Below the pieces are notes generated by a model, which was not told the origin of the DNA, ran no database searches, and saw only the letters and a list, made by a program, of their open reading frames with translations. The position numbers and the translations under genes are program-made. DNA of 64,000 bases from Tubulanus polymorphus. Its lineage: Eukaryota > Animalia > Nemertea. This document shows, one piece after another, positions 36,977-50,415 of the stretch. Location of the stretch: NCBI RefSeq assembly GCF_964204645.1, contig NC_134033.1:8750655-8814654 (forward strand), read 5' to 3'. Every line of letters begins with the position of its first letter. The stretch's first letter is position 1.

Positions 36977-38319
36977 GTAAGTACAGCCAACAAGCGGTAG
37001 TCTATGGTGACAATAAACTTTATCGGATGATCGCAGTTGATCGTCATTTGAAGGAAATGCAACTTATTGCTAAATGTCTTTATTATTTTAAAAAGAAAAA
37101 TTGTGGCTCCTATCTATTTTCTTGTTCGCTTCCCATCACCTGAAGTCACTGGAGTTACTCATGTTTTTTCTTTCAGCTATAAATGTTTCTATACACAGAC
37201 CTGCCAACTGTTATGATTTTCCCGTAATCGTTACGGATTGACAGCACAAATTACGGTGTTACGAGTGGGTGTTCAAAAGTACAATTTTAGTCTTTTTTCA
37301 TTATGTTTTACGAAAAACTAGAGCAATGTTACATTTCTTTAAAAATATGTCGCAAAAGAAGTTTAAACATGTTGATTTTATTATCGAAAACTAAAATAGG
37401 AGTCCTTAAGCGCATAGGCCTATATGTGCCAAGCATCCAATCAACATCACACAGACCGCTTGCATACACGTGTCTTCCTGCACGCACTCAATACAGTACA
37501 TCTATCAGCTGGCTGTCACCGGGGCAGCCTACCTATTGATCTATTGTATATACTCTCTTGCATGCCTTATAAAGATACAGCACACACTGCTGTGAAAATA
37601 ACAGCGACTGCTTGCAGGCGTTGAATCATTTTTGGTTTACCTTTGTCAGCGATATGAGGTTGGCATTGAGCCAATTCATGTAAAATCGCGGTACGTTTTT
37701 TATGTGAGCATTTGTTTCATTGGTTCTCGGCTTAAACGACGTATAATCGATGCGATTGAAGACATGGCGAACCTCCGTCGAGGTACATGGTCAACTGAGT
37801 TAAAATTCTACGAAAACTGTTTTTGGCGGGAAAATTCTTAGCTCTCGCGTATAAAATTGCAATGACCTCGATTGAGGGGGGCGTCGTCTCTACGAGCGAA
37901 TGGGATTGGCTGTTTTTGGGATATACGGGGAATTCCGGCGCTTCTAAAATAATTATGGGAAAGCCATTGAATGGCGTACGTTTTATTGGACTAGGTGCCG
38001 TATACGTGCGAATTTTAAATGCTCATTGTTGGTGAGGATGTAATTATTTCACACATCCGCCATAGGTATTTTTTCATTTTAATACCCTGTGATTGTTTTG
38101 ATTGACATTGAAGTGTAAGCAAACATTCACTTACACGAGGCCGCCACCTGTGCGCGCAGAGTGCTACACGACACACACACAAGCTCGTACAGTACACAAC
38201 TCAAGAGGCGTTTTTATTTAAGCAACTCGTCAAACTCGTGTTTAGCAGCCGCGTAACGTCATGTGGTACAAATCGAATCGCCTTAAATAAACGGGTCGGT
38301 GTTCGTCAAAATAGCGTCG

Positions 38320-40160
38320 ATGGATGCGGAAGTTCTGAAAAAAATTGTGTCATGTTTCGTTATAGGAGAATGCATGACTCCATTTAACTCGGATTCTGTG
38401 CCGATACAAAACTTCCTCGGCCATTTAAGTGGTAGTGATGTTTTTGACGAATGTAAGATTATAGAAGAACTTAAATACTTAAAGGATAAGAAAATTCCCC
38501 GGTTTCAAAATGTTATGTCCACTGTTTCATTGTACACGCCGGATGATTTCAAGGCCAGGTTTAGAATAAGCAGAGAAACTTTCGATGTCATCAGGGAACA
38601 CATTATGCCCTTACTTGCTGCTGATAGAGCAAGGAACTCGAAGATTTCATATGATAAGCAGATATTGACTTACATTCACTACTGTAGTACACAGGATCCT
38701 CTACTGAGAATAGCTGATGTGTTTGGAATTTGTGATACATCAGTTTTCAAATATCAGTTTTCAACATAATGGGTAAGCTTAATCATGTTGTTTAAACTCC
38801 CTTTGTTTTGGAACACTTTGATAGGCTATCACACTGACATGATCAATGCAGGGGCGTTATATATTGTGATAAATTGGATTATATAAAATAAAACAATTAT
38901 GAATACTCCTGCAGAAAACATATACCACATTCTTCTTTTTCTATTTCAGCTACAATGAGTGAATTGATCAATCGACATCTTCTAAAAAAGTTCATTAAGT
39001 GGCCGAAGGGTGATAATATACAGACAGTATTCCGTGGATTTGAAGAAATCAACCATTTCCCCAAAGTGATCGGTGCGCTTGACGGAACTCACATTCCTAT
39101 TAATTCCCCAGTGAAAGATCCAGAGGTTTACATTAACAGAAAAAAATTCCACTCCATAAACGTAGCCGCTGTTTGTGATCATCAAATGATGTTCACTTAT
39201 ATATACGTAGGTTGGCCTGGTTCAACACATGATTCTAGAGTCTTTAAGAACTGTAAACTTTTCATTGCTTGTGAAAATCCGGATAAACGGAAAGAACTAT
39301 TTCCCAACAATTGTCACTTGATCGGGGATTCAGCCTATGAGCTGAGTGAAATCCTGCTTACCCCATTTAGAGACAACGGTGCAGTCGAACAAATTGAGAA
39401 AGACTACAATTTCCTCCACAGTTCAACAAGGATGAAAATAGAAAACACATTTGGCCTTCTGAAAGGCCGATTTCATCGTTTGAAGTATGGGACCGTGCAT
39501 AAAGTACGTACGCTTGACTTCCGGGTATTTTTAACCCCCCCTCCCCCTTGTACGCTCATTGTACGTTTTTTTATAACCCCCTTTGCGTGCATACTTTTAG
39601 GGGTAACCCCCCAGTAAAACAGAATTTTCAGGAATAATGGTTTAAAGAAGGCAAAATCCACCCTGATTCAACAGAGTTCCTGCTGACATTGATCAACGAT
39701 CTTCCATGGCGACGAAATGAAAGACTGAAAGTGGGGAATTCCCGAGATCCAAATATAATATATTGAATGCAACAAACCCAGGGAGACCAGTTTCGCAATT
39801 AAGGCAGTGTTTGCTCTCCCCTTGGAAAGTATGTATGTTTTTAGCTGACCCCTCCCCTCCCCTATACGCTTTTGTACGGATTTTAAGAACCCCCCACCCC
39901 CCCCCCCCCCCTACGGACGTAGGTACATTATGCACGGCCCCTATGTTGATATGCATGATATGCCCAGGTTAAATGATTTCATTACTAGTTGTTTTGTTTT
40001 GCATAACATTTGCGTACTATCCAGTGATTCTGTTGACGAGTATTTGCATGAATTAGATGATGAAGCTGTGAACAATGAAATTTTGCCTGGTAGAGAAAAT
40101 AATCTATCTGCTGTAGCTAAACGTAGAGCGATATCTGTTATTTTGTCAGCAATGGTGTAA
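38320..40160 (+). pseudogene. Harbinger (HARBI1-like) DDE transposase, intron-containing, interrupted by a MITE
   Basis: FRISRETF, GALDGTHI, GWPGSTHDSRV, IGDSAY, IENTFGLLKGRF, LHNIC; putative intron ~38773-38949. Confidence 0.92.
39489..39941. mobile_element. MITE inside the Harbinger transposase
   Basis: GGGACCGTGCATAA...TTATGCACGGCCCC TIRs, TAT duplicated; removal restores the frame RLKYVDMHDMPRL. Confidence 0.9.
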
Positions 40161-40975
40161 CAAATTCACAATACATGTACTTAGGCTAAAAAAATGATAC
40201 CTTGTTTCCCTGCTATGCTTAAAAGTTGCCGGCTGCCTAACTTTCCTGTACATAACTTTTTAAATCACGATCAGGCTAACCATAACAGACCCGGCAGCAA
40301 TAGAAATGAAGTGATAAAATTACCCGGCCGCTGTGGAGAAACAAGGTATCATTTTTTCCCTTATGAAGAATTCATTATACATATATTGCCTGTATACTAC
40401 AGGGGCCAAAAATAAAACTTGGTCAAATGTTACATTGGAGACCTCAAATTATTTTATCATAATAAAATGCTCCGAATATCTAACCAAGTTGTTGAAACTG
40501 TCTTACAGGAACAGTCACTTCATTTGGAGCTTTAGTCCCGGCGGGCTATCGTGTTCAGTTTTTCCATCCGTTTGTTCAAACCCCAGACCCCTCTTGGTGC
40601 TTTACTATAAAGCACATTCTTCAAGGAAATTCACCAAGACAAATGAAAAAGACAAAAGAATGCATAAAGGAGAATAAAGATTTATTCGAAAAATAAAATC
40701 AACTAACTCATATTAAATGCTAAGCTTCAGCAATGGCAGAACTGAATAAGCACCAAAGGTAATCCATCAACATTGTACACGGTACGGTGTTCACAGAAAA
40801 CTTATGCATCACAAGAATCTCCCCATTACTTTTTTTCTGTTAAAAAATTGAACAGCTGTTGGACTTCAACAGATAAACATCATTATAAAATGTAACAAAA
40901 AAACTTTTATACAACAAAACTTTCGGCCAGAATACTTAAGTCACAATGGAGCTATTTAGAATTAGAATTTGTCGA

Positions 40976-41548
40976 TCAATCTTTTAAGTAAATAAATTTT
41001 TTTAGTCTCCATTTCTTGCAAAACATCAATTTTTTTTGTTCCATGCCCATTATTTCCTGGTGGTGCTTTTTTATCTCTTCTTGATATTTGTCATTTTCTG
41101 CAGACCTAACTTTATGGAAATCTTCCAATGATCTAAGTAATTTCGACTTCTTAGGTGACTGAAGTTTTCTCTTCTTGGCAATATTATGCGCGGGAATAAA
41201 CTGATCGGCTTCATCAGCAGTACTATCAGTTTGGTCATCACTATACGAGTCTGAGGTATACACTGGCTGGGTATTTGGTTTTGTTCCTAGGAACTCATCG
41301 AGTTGATCATAATATGGGCAGGTTTTGGGGTTACGCCCTGTTTTATTGTTATGATCTCTTATCTGTCTATAGTTTCTCAATAGATTGAAAAATTTATTCT
41401 TAAGCTGGGTCCAATCATAGTCAAATCCGTTTTTCTTCATTTCACTTGAAATTTGTATCCATATCTTCTTTTTCACAGTTTTTTTATCCGCCATTCTTTC
41501 GGCATTCTGTCTGTATTGATCAATCAACATCACAGCTTCATGTGACAT
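40976..41548 (-). CDS. Harbinger Myb/SANT-like DNA-binding protein (last exon; upstream exons likely to ~42770)
   Basis: KKKIW.QIS..M...G......QLKNKF.NL...Y......N.KTG....CPYYDQLD; convergent with the transposase inside the TIRs. Confidence 0.88.
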   Translation of the reverse strand: MSHEAVMLIDQYRQNAERMADKKTVKKKIWIQISSEMKKNGFDYDWTQLKNKFFNLLRNYRQIRDHNNKTGRNPKTCPYYDQLDEFLGTKPNTQPVYTSDSYSDDQTDSTADEADQFIPAHNIAKKRKLQSPKKSKLLRSLEDFHKVRSAENDKYQEEIKKHHQEIMGMEQKKLMFCKKWRLKKFIYLKD

Positions 41549-43261
41549 ATCACCAGCTAAAAATATAAAAGAAATTGTAGTATAAAACTAAATGGAATAC
41601 ACGTGGGAGATATTTTCTTTGTCCAGCTGGAAAAATTGACATCAGTAATTGAAAAAGATAGGATGTCGTAGAGAAATATGTATACCGTAAGAATGATGCC
41701 CTATTTCCTAATCTAACCCGGTACAAACACAGGATGATGATTAAATGTCTGCAGCACAAGTGGTCTTAAGTGGAGAGTGTTTTCATAAAGTGATGGGACC
41801 AAATAAACCTTACTTTTACTACTTTTACTGTTGATGTTGCGACTGCTGGTTCCATTGTCTGCGTTTTCAGCTGTAGTTGGATTTGCTATAGGCCTACCTC
41901 CATTGTCTGCGTTATCAGCTGTTGTTATACCTGAGATACCTAGAAACCAATAAATGTACATATAGAATTCTTCAAAATTTCAAGGAGTTTTAAGTTAACT
42001 TTGTTGTTCGAGCCTACTTGAAGTATTATCAGCAACGCGTTTATTAATCTCCTTGTACGCATTCCGGAGTTTGGTGATTACTCCTTCATCTGAAACCCAA
42101 TTGAAATACATACTGTGAATTGGTACCGGTACATTGTTAAATAGGTTCTTCATATTTAAAGAACATAATAGGCCTAATGAATGTTTGAACTTACACCTAT
42201 GCCTACCTTTATGTAGTACTACAGCATAATATGTCTGACTATCAACAGTGAATGTTGCCATATACCCGTCGTCCATATCACGCGTTAGCTGTTTTACATA
42301 ACTACTGGTACTTGCACTAGCAGAAAAACAAAACAAAAACCTGCACTGATAAGTCTGTAACTTTCAATAAACCTTTCCCAGCACTCGACAGTAAGTTGTA
42401 GTGTGAAGCCCCATACTCTTCTGCAAGTTCTGGCACTGCTGAGTTCTGTTATATGAATAAAGTTAAATCACTTTTGGTTTAATGGCTTTTTCAATGAGGA
42501 CGAAAGCCTTACGCCGTTAGCACCGGGCGCTGGACTGGTTTTAAACACACACAGTGAGTGACAGAAATACACGCGATTGAATTTGAAATTCCACTCAGTC
42601 TGTCCTGTCATTACTCAAAACGTCCATTTCGCCGACAGTGCGTAGCATATAACATATAAGGCATCTGGAATATCACTTGTTCATACCAAACTTCTTGAAT
42701 TCTTTCCCTCAGTGAAGATATTTTGCGATAAGTTGATGATATTTCAAAAATACTTACCGCGAACATGACGATGCCGCTATTTTGAAACGCGAACCAACTC
42801 GCCTGAAGGACGAGTTGGCTGTGTATGGTACTCGCGTTGGATACTCGTCTAAATAAATGCGCCGAGTATGGTACTCGTGTATGACGAGTTGGTTAAATAA
42901 ATGGAAGATTTGACGGTGACGTACGCGAGTTGCTTAAATAAAAACGCCTAAGGTGATGCTGTAACGCATGCGCGTTTGACATGAAAATAGGCTGAATAAT
43001 CGTAGCAGAAGATGAGCGCTGTCTTTTCTGTTTGATAGAATTTGTAATAAATTGTAATTTCTTGTGACCTGAAGATATTAAGCAGCAAACTAAAAGTATA
43101 GGTCGAGGTCTGAAAATTGTAGTCGTAAATTCCAGGATTTAAAACGATCTAATAACCAATTTCTTCTGTACTGGTATTTTAACTTCCGCGGCCAACATTG
43201 GAAGAGGTTTCCAAGACCCAATATTCAGCCACCCTCTGATATGTGACATCATATGAATTTT

Positions 43262-43823
43262 AGGCCATCCCATATTAATGGTCTGTTTGCCATGACCCGA
43301 CTTCAAAGGTTCCGAGTGAAAACTTTTTTCTGGGATTCATTGAAATAAATTTTAATTTTGATAAAAACGGCCTACCGACCCACTGCCTACGTATGAGCTA
43401 CGTATTATATATGTTTGAATTCAAGTGTGCTTCGTTTGAAAACATGCCTTGTCAATGTGGCCTAATTTAAGTTTTCCAGGAAACTGGCAGTGTTCCAATA
43501 AGCTGCCATTAATTCTCATAGTGACTATATCAAAGCTGGTAACGTAAAACCGCGCACATATTCAATGTACTGTTTCATTTTTAACACAGAGATGACGCTC
43601 TGGACGAAGTTATAATTTTAGAATAATTCTCGAAATCTACGCTATTAGACAAATTTCCCGTGCACAACGTAGATGATTTTTGCGATATTGTTTCCATGTA
43701 AAAAGGTGAAAAATTTTTTTTTTGCCCAAAAATTTAGCAAAAAAAATTTTTTCTTTTCTACCGACTCATCCTGAAAAGTTGAGTCGGTGTTACGGCAAAC
43801 AGACAATTATTTTGGGATGGCCT
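43262..43823. mobile_element. MITE with AGGCCATCCCA TIRs
   Basis: AGGCCATCCCA..TAAT.GTCTGTTTGCC / GGCAAACAGAC.ATTA..TGGGATGGCCT. Confidence 0.75.
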
Positions 43824-44798
43824 TATTTGAATATTTTTTCATATTGTGAAACATATTTTTTTTGAAAATATAAAATGATTTCCCTGCCACGCCTACCTGT
43901 ACCCTACAAACTTTTGGACGTGGACCGTAACCAAATGTATATCTTTGGTCTTATTTGACTACAAAATAATTCTTTAAGAAAGATAAAATACAATATAAAC
44001 TTGTGGAACTTTGAAGTCACGAATTAAAAAGATATTTCAGGCAATGCTCTTACTCCAAACAACCTCTAGCTTTCAAGGTAAACCACACTTTGCCCATGGG
44101 CAATTTATTAAGAAGTAACCTGACTAAGTTAATCTATTTGCATATCAATCGATGATTCTGCGTTATTTATTTGGTCAAAATGAAAAATAAATTAGAAAAA
44201 AAATATTTGTTAACGACGACTTCTCACCCCCAACCAGTGGCATCGGTTCTCTACTGTAATCAGTGTGTCTGTACATGGCGGCTACCGGGACCAGGATTGC
44301 AATGATAAATAGATTTCGACATCATTTTATCTGATATAAGTGATGAACCTAATCAAAAACGAACAAAGAGGGGGAAGCCCACCATTTTTAAGATGTTACC
44401 CTGTTGAGTTTCCATATTTTTGTACTGACTTTTGACAAGTTAAGTATTAGTAGTGTTAGGAGTTGACAATGGTATAATCTGCACGTCTCATGCCAGTATT
44501 ACAAACATACAATATCATATTGACAAATGAAATAAAAAACACACAAGTGTAATGCAAAATCAAGTAAAATTTACCGTTTTTTTTTTCAATCCAGTGTCAT
44601 ATTATACATTACACGCTTGTTACTGAAAAACTTCCAATCAATATAAACTGATAGAACTTTGAAGTCACGAATTAAAAAGATTTTTCATAAGCAATGCCCT
44701 TGCCCCAAACAACCTCAGGCTGTCAAGGTAAACCACACTATGCCAATGGGCAATTAATTTTTTATTCACAATGTATTTGATATCTAATTGATTTTTAG

Positions 44799-44962
44799 GG
44801 TTTTCATGGATTACAGATGGCATCGGAGTTTGACATGGACAAAGTGCGAACAACAATTAAACAATTTGTAAGAGATTGGAGTGAAGAGGGTGCCACTGAG
44901 AGAGAGCTTTGTTATAAACCTGTTGTAGAGGACGTGCTTGAAAATTTTCCCCCAGAAAAGTG
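44799..44962 (+). CDS. CARNMT1: CARNMT1-like exon 3
   Basis: [34 protein letters not shown]; AG/GT boundaries in consistent phase (an alternative in-frame acceptor exists at 44817). Confidence 0.92.
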
Positions 44963-45234
44963 GTACGTATGTGGCAGAGCTTTCTGTTTTCTATAAGTGC
45001 ATTGTCTCCATTTTGAAGCATAAACCTGGTGCAATGTATTTAATTTGGTGCGAGGCTTAAAATGCAGCATTGGTCAAGTTTCTTAATGTGAAAACAAGGG
45101 TGCGGTACATAAATCGGTGATGGATTTTGCTATTACACGGCACTGCGGTGTATTGATGTACAGTCAAAGCTCATTATTACACCTGCCCCAGGAGTTTGAA
45201 AACTTTGCCGGTATAACGAATATAACAAAATGAC

Positions 45235-46472
45235 CAGGGCTGCCAACCCTCCCGAATTATTCGGAATCCTCCCGATTTGCGTGAAGAAATTCCGACGATA
45301 CGATCGGGTATACAAAATTCCGATTTTTATTTTCCTTTTTCGGCGATGTCCGATTTTCCACCCGCCAGCGCGTTGTAACACAATATGATGACTTGGTAGA
45401 ACAGAATTGAATAGGTGGGGAATTTATATGCACGCGCGCGGTGGATGAGTGCGTCGCTATATATACTGTGTACGTGGGTCAGGCGATAAACAGCGCTTAC
45501 TAGCGTGCGCGTGCGTGCGTGCGTGCGTGTGTGCGTGTGTGTGCATATGAGAGTAGCTGTGTTATTGATTTTATCTACGCATGGCGCACGATTATTTCGT
45601 AGTAGGAGAGCAGCTTCTTAATTTGTTACAAGGATCAAAATAAAGTTCATTCGTTTTAAAATACGTTGTTTTAAATCATTCTTGTGAAAATATGACATGT
45701 GGCAAAATGTGATTGTTATTGTCAAATTGCTCCGCATCGTTTCGGAGAAGAATCGGTTTACTGCGGTAATTAGCTCGTTTTCGCAGCGCGATGAGCATTC
45801 GAAGATCCGGGTTAGATTTCAACGTGTGGACTCGTTATTTGTGGTTGAAATGTTTCGGTAAGCAATTGCTTTGTTAGTTTGAACCTTAATGTTGTCACTC
45901 TTGTATTAGTTTGATTTAAAAAGATAATTTAAGATGCTTTTGAGCAGTGCATCTCAAAGTAAACTTTTAGTTCGCATATTTGGCAAATGGCAGCACCATC
46001 GAGTTGCATGTAGATTTAGAGACTTTTTACTGTTTGTATCTTTCAGTTCTGTACATGGAGTCTCTCTGGGTCAGTATCGTGGAATTGATGCTGGAAATTG
46101 ATATATTCGCATGACAGCTGTATAGTGTTATGTAATTCGTTTGACAATTTATGCCAGTTTTATGTTCTTATTTTTTAGTCTATTGTATATTTTTGATAAA
46201 CACTGTTGATTTTTATCTTTCATAAAATAATAAAGAAAAAATACATTCTGTAGAATTTGCTGATTTTTTATTTTGCTAATAGATAATTCCATATTTTCAT
46301 ATCCAGCTTTCATATATTGCATGTGAAAGGTATTCCTAATTGAAAGCAAAATATTCCTACTTGGAAAAGTCACAATTTCTTCGGTTTCGGTATATTCCTA
46401 TTGAAACCTTCAATATTCCTAATTAATCTGCCATTCATCCCTAAATGGAATTTTGAAAGGTTGGCAGCCCTG
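45235..46472. mobile_element. Non-autonomous hAT-like element with 6-bp TSD
   Basis: CAGGGCTGCCAACC...GGTTGGCAGCCCTG; AATGAC duplicated on both flanks. Confidence 0.85.
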
Positions 46473-46600
46473 AATGACAATCGCTAGAGTTGACATGCAT
46501 AACCTGACTATTAACCTAATCCAGAAATAGATATCAGTTGATTTTAGTTTCAGAAGGGCAAAGGTCTTAGCTCATCTCATTTAGATAATAGAAAAAAAAA

Positions 46601-46812
46601 CTAGGGGTCCAGGGACACCATGCCCACTTGGGAAGTGGTTTCAAATGGTCAACAATCTAACAATTTCAATATTCAACACCCTCTGGTGACCATATACAAA
46701 AACCAATGACCTTGAAATTTTGAACAATCATAGAACATGTCGGCTACGATTTTCTAATTGATTGTGATAACAAAATATGCCTAGGTACCAATATAATTTG
46801 GAAATACGAAGT
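46601..46812 (-). repeat. 3' fragment of the HINE-like family (inverted)
   Basis: Reverse complement of ~35470-35694. Confidence 0.8.
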
Positions 46813-47373
46813 AAGCAAAACTCGCATGGTAGTTCACCCCGACTTGAAACTCTCCGGTGTCTGGAGACTTGAAAATATGGGGAAATTTCAAAATAACGGC
46901 GTTACGTTTTTCCAAAAATGTTACGTATTTCATATAGATTCAAAATCCAGGAAATTTTTTTCCATAATATTCAATGGATATCATTTATTACACGTTTATG
47001 GCGTCATATTGTTCATTTACTTGCTTTTGCGGTAAATCACGCCAGAATAAATTTTCAACGATCAGCGAAACACTGACTGCTTTGTGACCCGCTATTATGA
47101 AGTTCTGTCAGCTACTGTCATCTATGTTGAATCAAAAATGGCGTCTGGTGAGGATAATTCTGTCATGTCTGATGCCGAGGTTTTCTTCAAATCCATCACC
47201 TCAATCTGAGCCTAGTGACGCACACGATTCTAAACTTGAGACAGAACGTACAGAAGAAGGTCCCACCAAAAAAAACAGTTGATTTTGATAGATGAAATTT
47301 TGATTTTTGTGTTGAGTAAGGGAAACTACTTATTTTTCATGAAAATTACTGAAATCCTATATATATATATATG

Positions 47374-49970
47374 TGTTAAGTCCTGTAATAAAGGTTCACT
47401 TCATATTGGAAAACCAGTCGAGTTATCTCTGCTTTCGAGTCGTTTTTGGGTCGTCAATGTCGACATTTTAGGATTCTGTCTTTCGTCTGGACAGAAGTTG
47501 GTCCCTCGAGCCGAGGGAATCATGGAACAAACGGAAAAATCGAAGTAGTTAAGGAGAGCCCAAAGAGGGCAGGTTACAAAATTATGTGGAAATTGCGAGA
47601 AACATTTGGACCAAAAAAAATGTGCCAAAAGGTATGTCAACCTTAAAGACTCTTAATTCTAAAATTGAATTGTTGGAATCACGCGACAATCGAATTCTAG
47701 AATACTCAGAATTATCAGGAGACAAATACGCTGATTTGGTCGTGGAATCTCGATGATTATATATGCGAAAAGGAAACAAGAGATCGATTTGCTTGAAATG
47801 GACTTCCAGGAATTAGCTTTTCAAGAGAAAAATCGGAGCGATTCGAACCGTGCTCAGAAATCCGCAAGAACTGCAAATCTACCAAAAATTAATATACCGA
47901 TATTCGATGGTAATTTACTCAATTGGCAAACGTTCATAGATTTGTTTAATACCTCCATCCATAATCAGCCATATCTATCAGATGTTGAGAAATTCACGCA
48001 TTTAAAATGTTATTTGTCGGGAGAGGCTAAGTCAGCTAACGAAGGGTTATCTCTAACCACAGCAAACTACGGTATCGCTAGACAGCTCATAGAGGAACGT
48101 TTTGGGCAGCCTCATAAGATTGCAGACGGGCATTTGCAAGTTTTAGCGAATTTGGAAAATCCGACTCCTGAGTTGAAATCGCTTCGTAAATTTCACGATA
48201 ATATCGAAATAAATATTAGAGCTCTGAGTTCTTTAGGCCGTCAGCCTGAAACTTATGGCGCCTTACTCGTACCGGTCATCATTTCGAAATTACCACAGAT
48301 CGTCAAATTGAATATTTCGCGCAACCATGGCAATTGTGAGTGGGTTTTGAATGAATTGCGTGCTGCTATACTTAGTGAAATTCATATTTTAGAATCTTGT
48401 GGAAGTTCGTTTTCTTCGTCGCATGTCGGTAGCGGTAATGAGTTCGTGAAAATAACCGAAGATTTTGTTACGCTTCACACTCGACAGTTCGTGTCCGGTG
48501 GTCATTCGCGCCCTGCAAGAAAGTGCTTGTTTTGCCAATCCGATAGGCATTACGCAACGGATTGTGATACTATCACATCCAGAGATGCTCGTCTTAGCAT
48601 TATCGGAAACTTGCGTTTGTGTTTCAATTGTCTTGGAAAACACAAGGCAAGCGACTGCACTTCGAAGTCGCGGTGTAGAGCCTGCAAAAAGAAGCACCAT
48701 TCTAGTCTTTGTGGTACGACCTTCACACGTCGAAAAGTCAACGTTGTAGTCAACACCGGTCAACATAATGCATGAATTGGGCTCAATTCGGCATGTTTGA
48801 GTTCCGTCAGCGACGCCGTCGTCGCTGAATCGACCGAGAATTCAACCGAGAATTCATATTCTACAACAAATGAGATCTGCACTCGTACGCCTGCTGTCAA
48901 AAGCCTCTATTCGAGAGTCACAACAGAAAACACTACAGTTCTTCTGAAAACTGCTATGTCTTCTATAGATCATAACAGTAATAGATTGTCGCTATTTTTA
49001 TTGTTAGACGATGGTTCACCGCGTACTTTTGTAACGAAAAGTTTGATTGACGAATTAGGTATCAAACCTCGTAGAAAGGAGACCATAAACTTAGCCTGTT
49101 TTGGTGCCACAACTCCTAGCAGTTGCGAGTTAGACTGTGTTTCTTTAGATATTAATTGTAATAACGGTCAACTTTCCATTGAGGCATTGGTAGTTCCAAC
49201 CATTACGCAACCATTATCTATTCCATGCAGGACTATAGCCAATATTCCTGAATTCAAAACGTTACAACAAGCTTGTCCGTTGTATGAAGATAACGTTCAG
49301 ATTGTTAGTGTATCTCTCTTAATTGGATCAGACTACTATTACAATTTTGTTAATTCCAATCTACCAAAGATCAAGTCTAAAAGTGGTCCTATAGCGGTAC
49401 CTACGTCATTAGGTTACATAATTACAGGTCCCATGTATCAAAGAAATTGTATCAGTAATCAAACAACACCAATCTTGCATGTTCTTGCTGAAGCTGATAC
49501 CTTGGACTTAAAATACTATTGGTCGTTGGAAAACATTGGTATTGAGTCTCCTATCGCTGATTCAAAATCATCTTTTTTGGAAAAATATTTTGCGAATTCT
49601 ATTTCCAAGATAGAAGGGATTTATTATGCCAGACTTCCGTAGACTAGAGCACACACCAAATTTACTAGAGAAATATCACGGAATTATGAAATACCAATTG
49701 GAAAGCGAATTCATAGAAAAAGTACCCGAACCATACATGATCAGTGGAAAAGAGCATTATATTCCACATCACGTCGTCTTTAGACAGTCGGCTACGACCC
49801 CAATTCGTATCGTATTTGACTGTAGCTGCCCGCAGTCTAAAGATTTGCTTAGTTTGAACGATTGTCTGGAGTCGGGTCCAGCACTGTTGAACGATGTAAG
49901 TTCTATTCGATGTCTATAGGTTTAAAAGAGTATTATTTGGTGCATCATGCTCCCCTTTTATGCTAAATCA
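47374..49970 (+). mobile_element. BEL/Pao LTR retrotransposon, 5' part, degraded and 3'-truncated
   Basis: Putative LTR end CA at 47493; PBS-like TGGTCCCTCGAGCCG at 47499; gag (LPKINIPIFDGN..W..F, three Cys/His knuckles); protease LLDDGS; RT start YIPHH..RIVFD..SLNDCL..GP. Confidence 0.9.
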
Positions 49971-49973
49971 TCG

Positions 49974-50415
49974 TCTATGATTGTGGTGAGCTTCAAGGAC
50001 ATTAGTTATTCTATATGGTTCCTAGGGGGCATTGAATAGTAGAATAACTTAGTATTTCCTTATTATATTGGTACATAGTCATATTTTGTTACCATGACCA
50101 ATTGCAAAGTTGTAGCTCATAACATGTTCAATGATTGTGGTGAGTTTCAATGTCATTGGGTTTTGCATATGGTCACCAGGGGACGTTGAATAGTAGAATA
50201 ACTTTGTATTTCCATATTGAATTGGTAACGAGGCATATTTTGTTATCACAATCAATTAGAAAATCGTAGCTGCTGACATGTTCTATGATTGTGGTTAGTT
50301 TCAAGGTCATTGGTTTTTGTATATGGTCACCAGGGGGCGTTGAATATTGAAATTGTTAGATTGTTGAGCATTTGAAACCACTTCCCAAGTGGGCATGGTG
50401 TCCCTGGACCCCTAG
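49974..50415 (+). repeat. 3' fragment of the HINE-like family
   Basis: Similar to ~35170-35694; ends CCCTGGACCCCTAG-TT. Confidence 0.8.

Larger units (their letters stand above)
38206..42949. mobile_element. PIF/Harbinger DNA transposon (two convergent genes)
   Basis: TIRs AGGCGTTTTTATTTAAGCAACTCG / CGAGTTGCTTAAATAAAAACGCCT; 3-bp TSD AAG on both sides. Confidence 0.95.
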
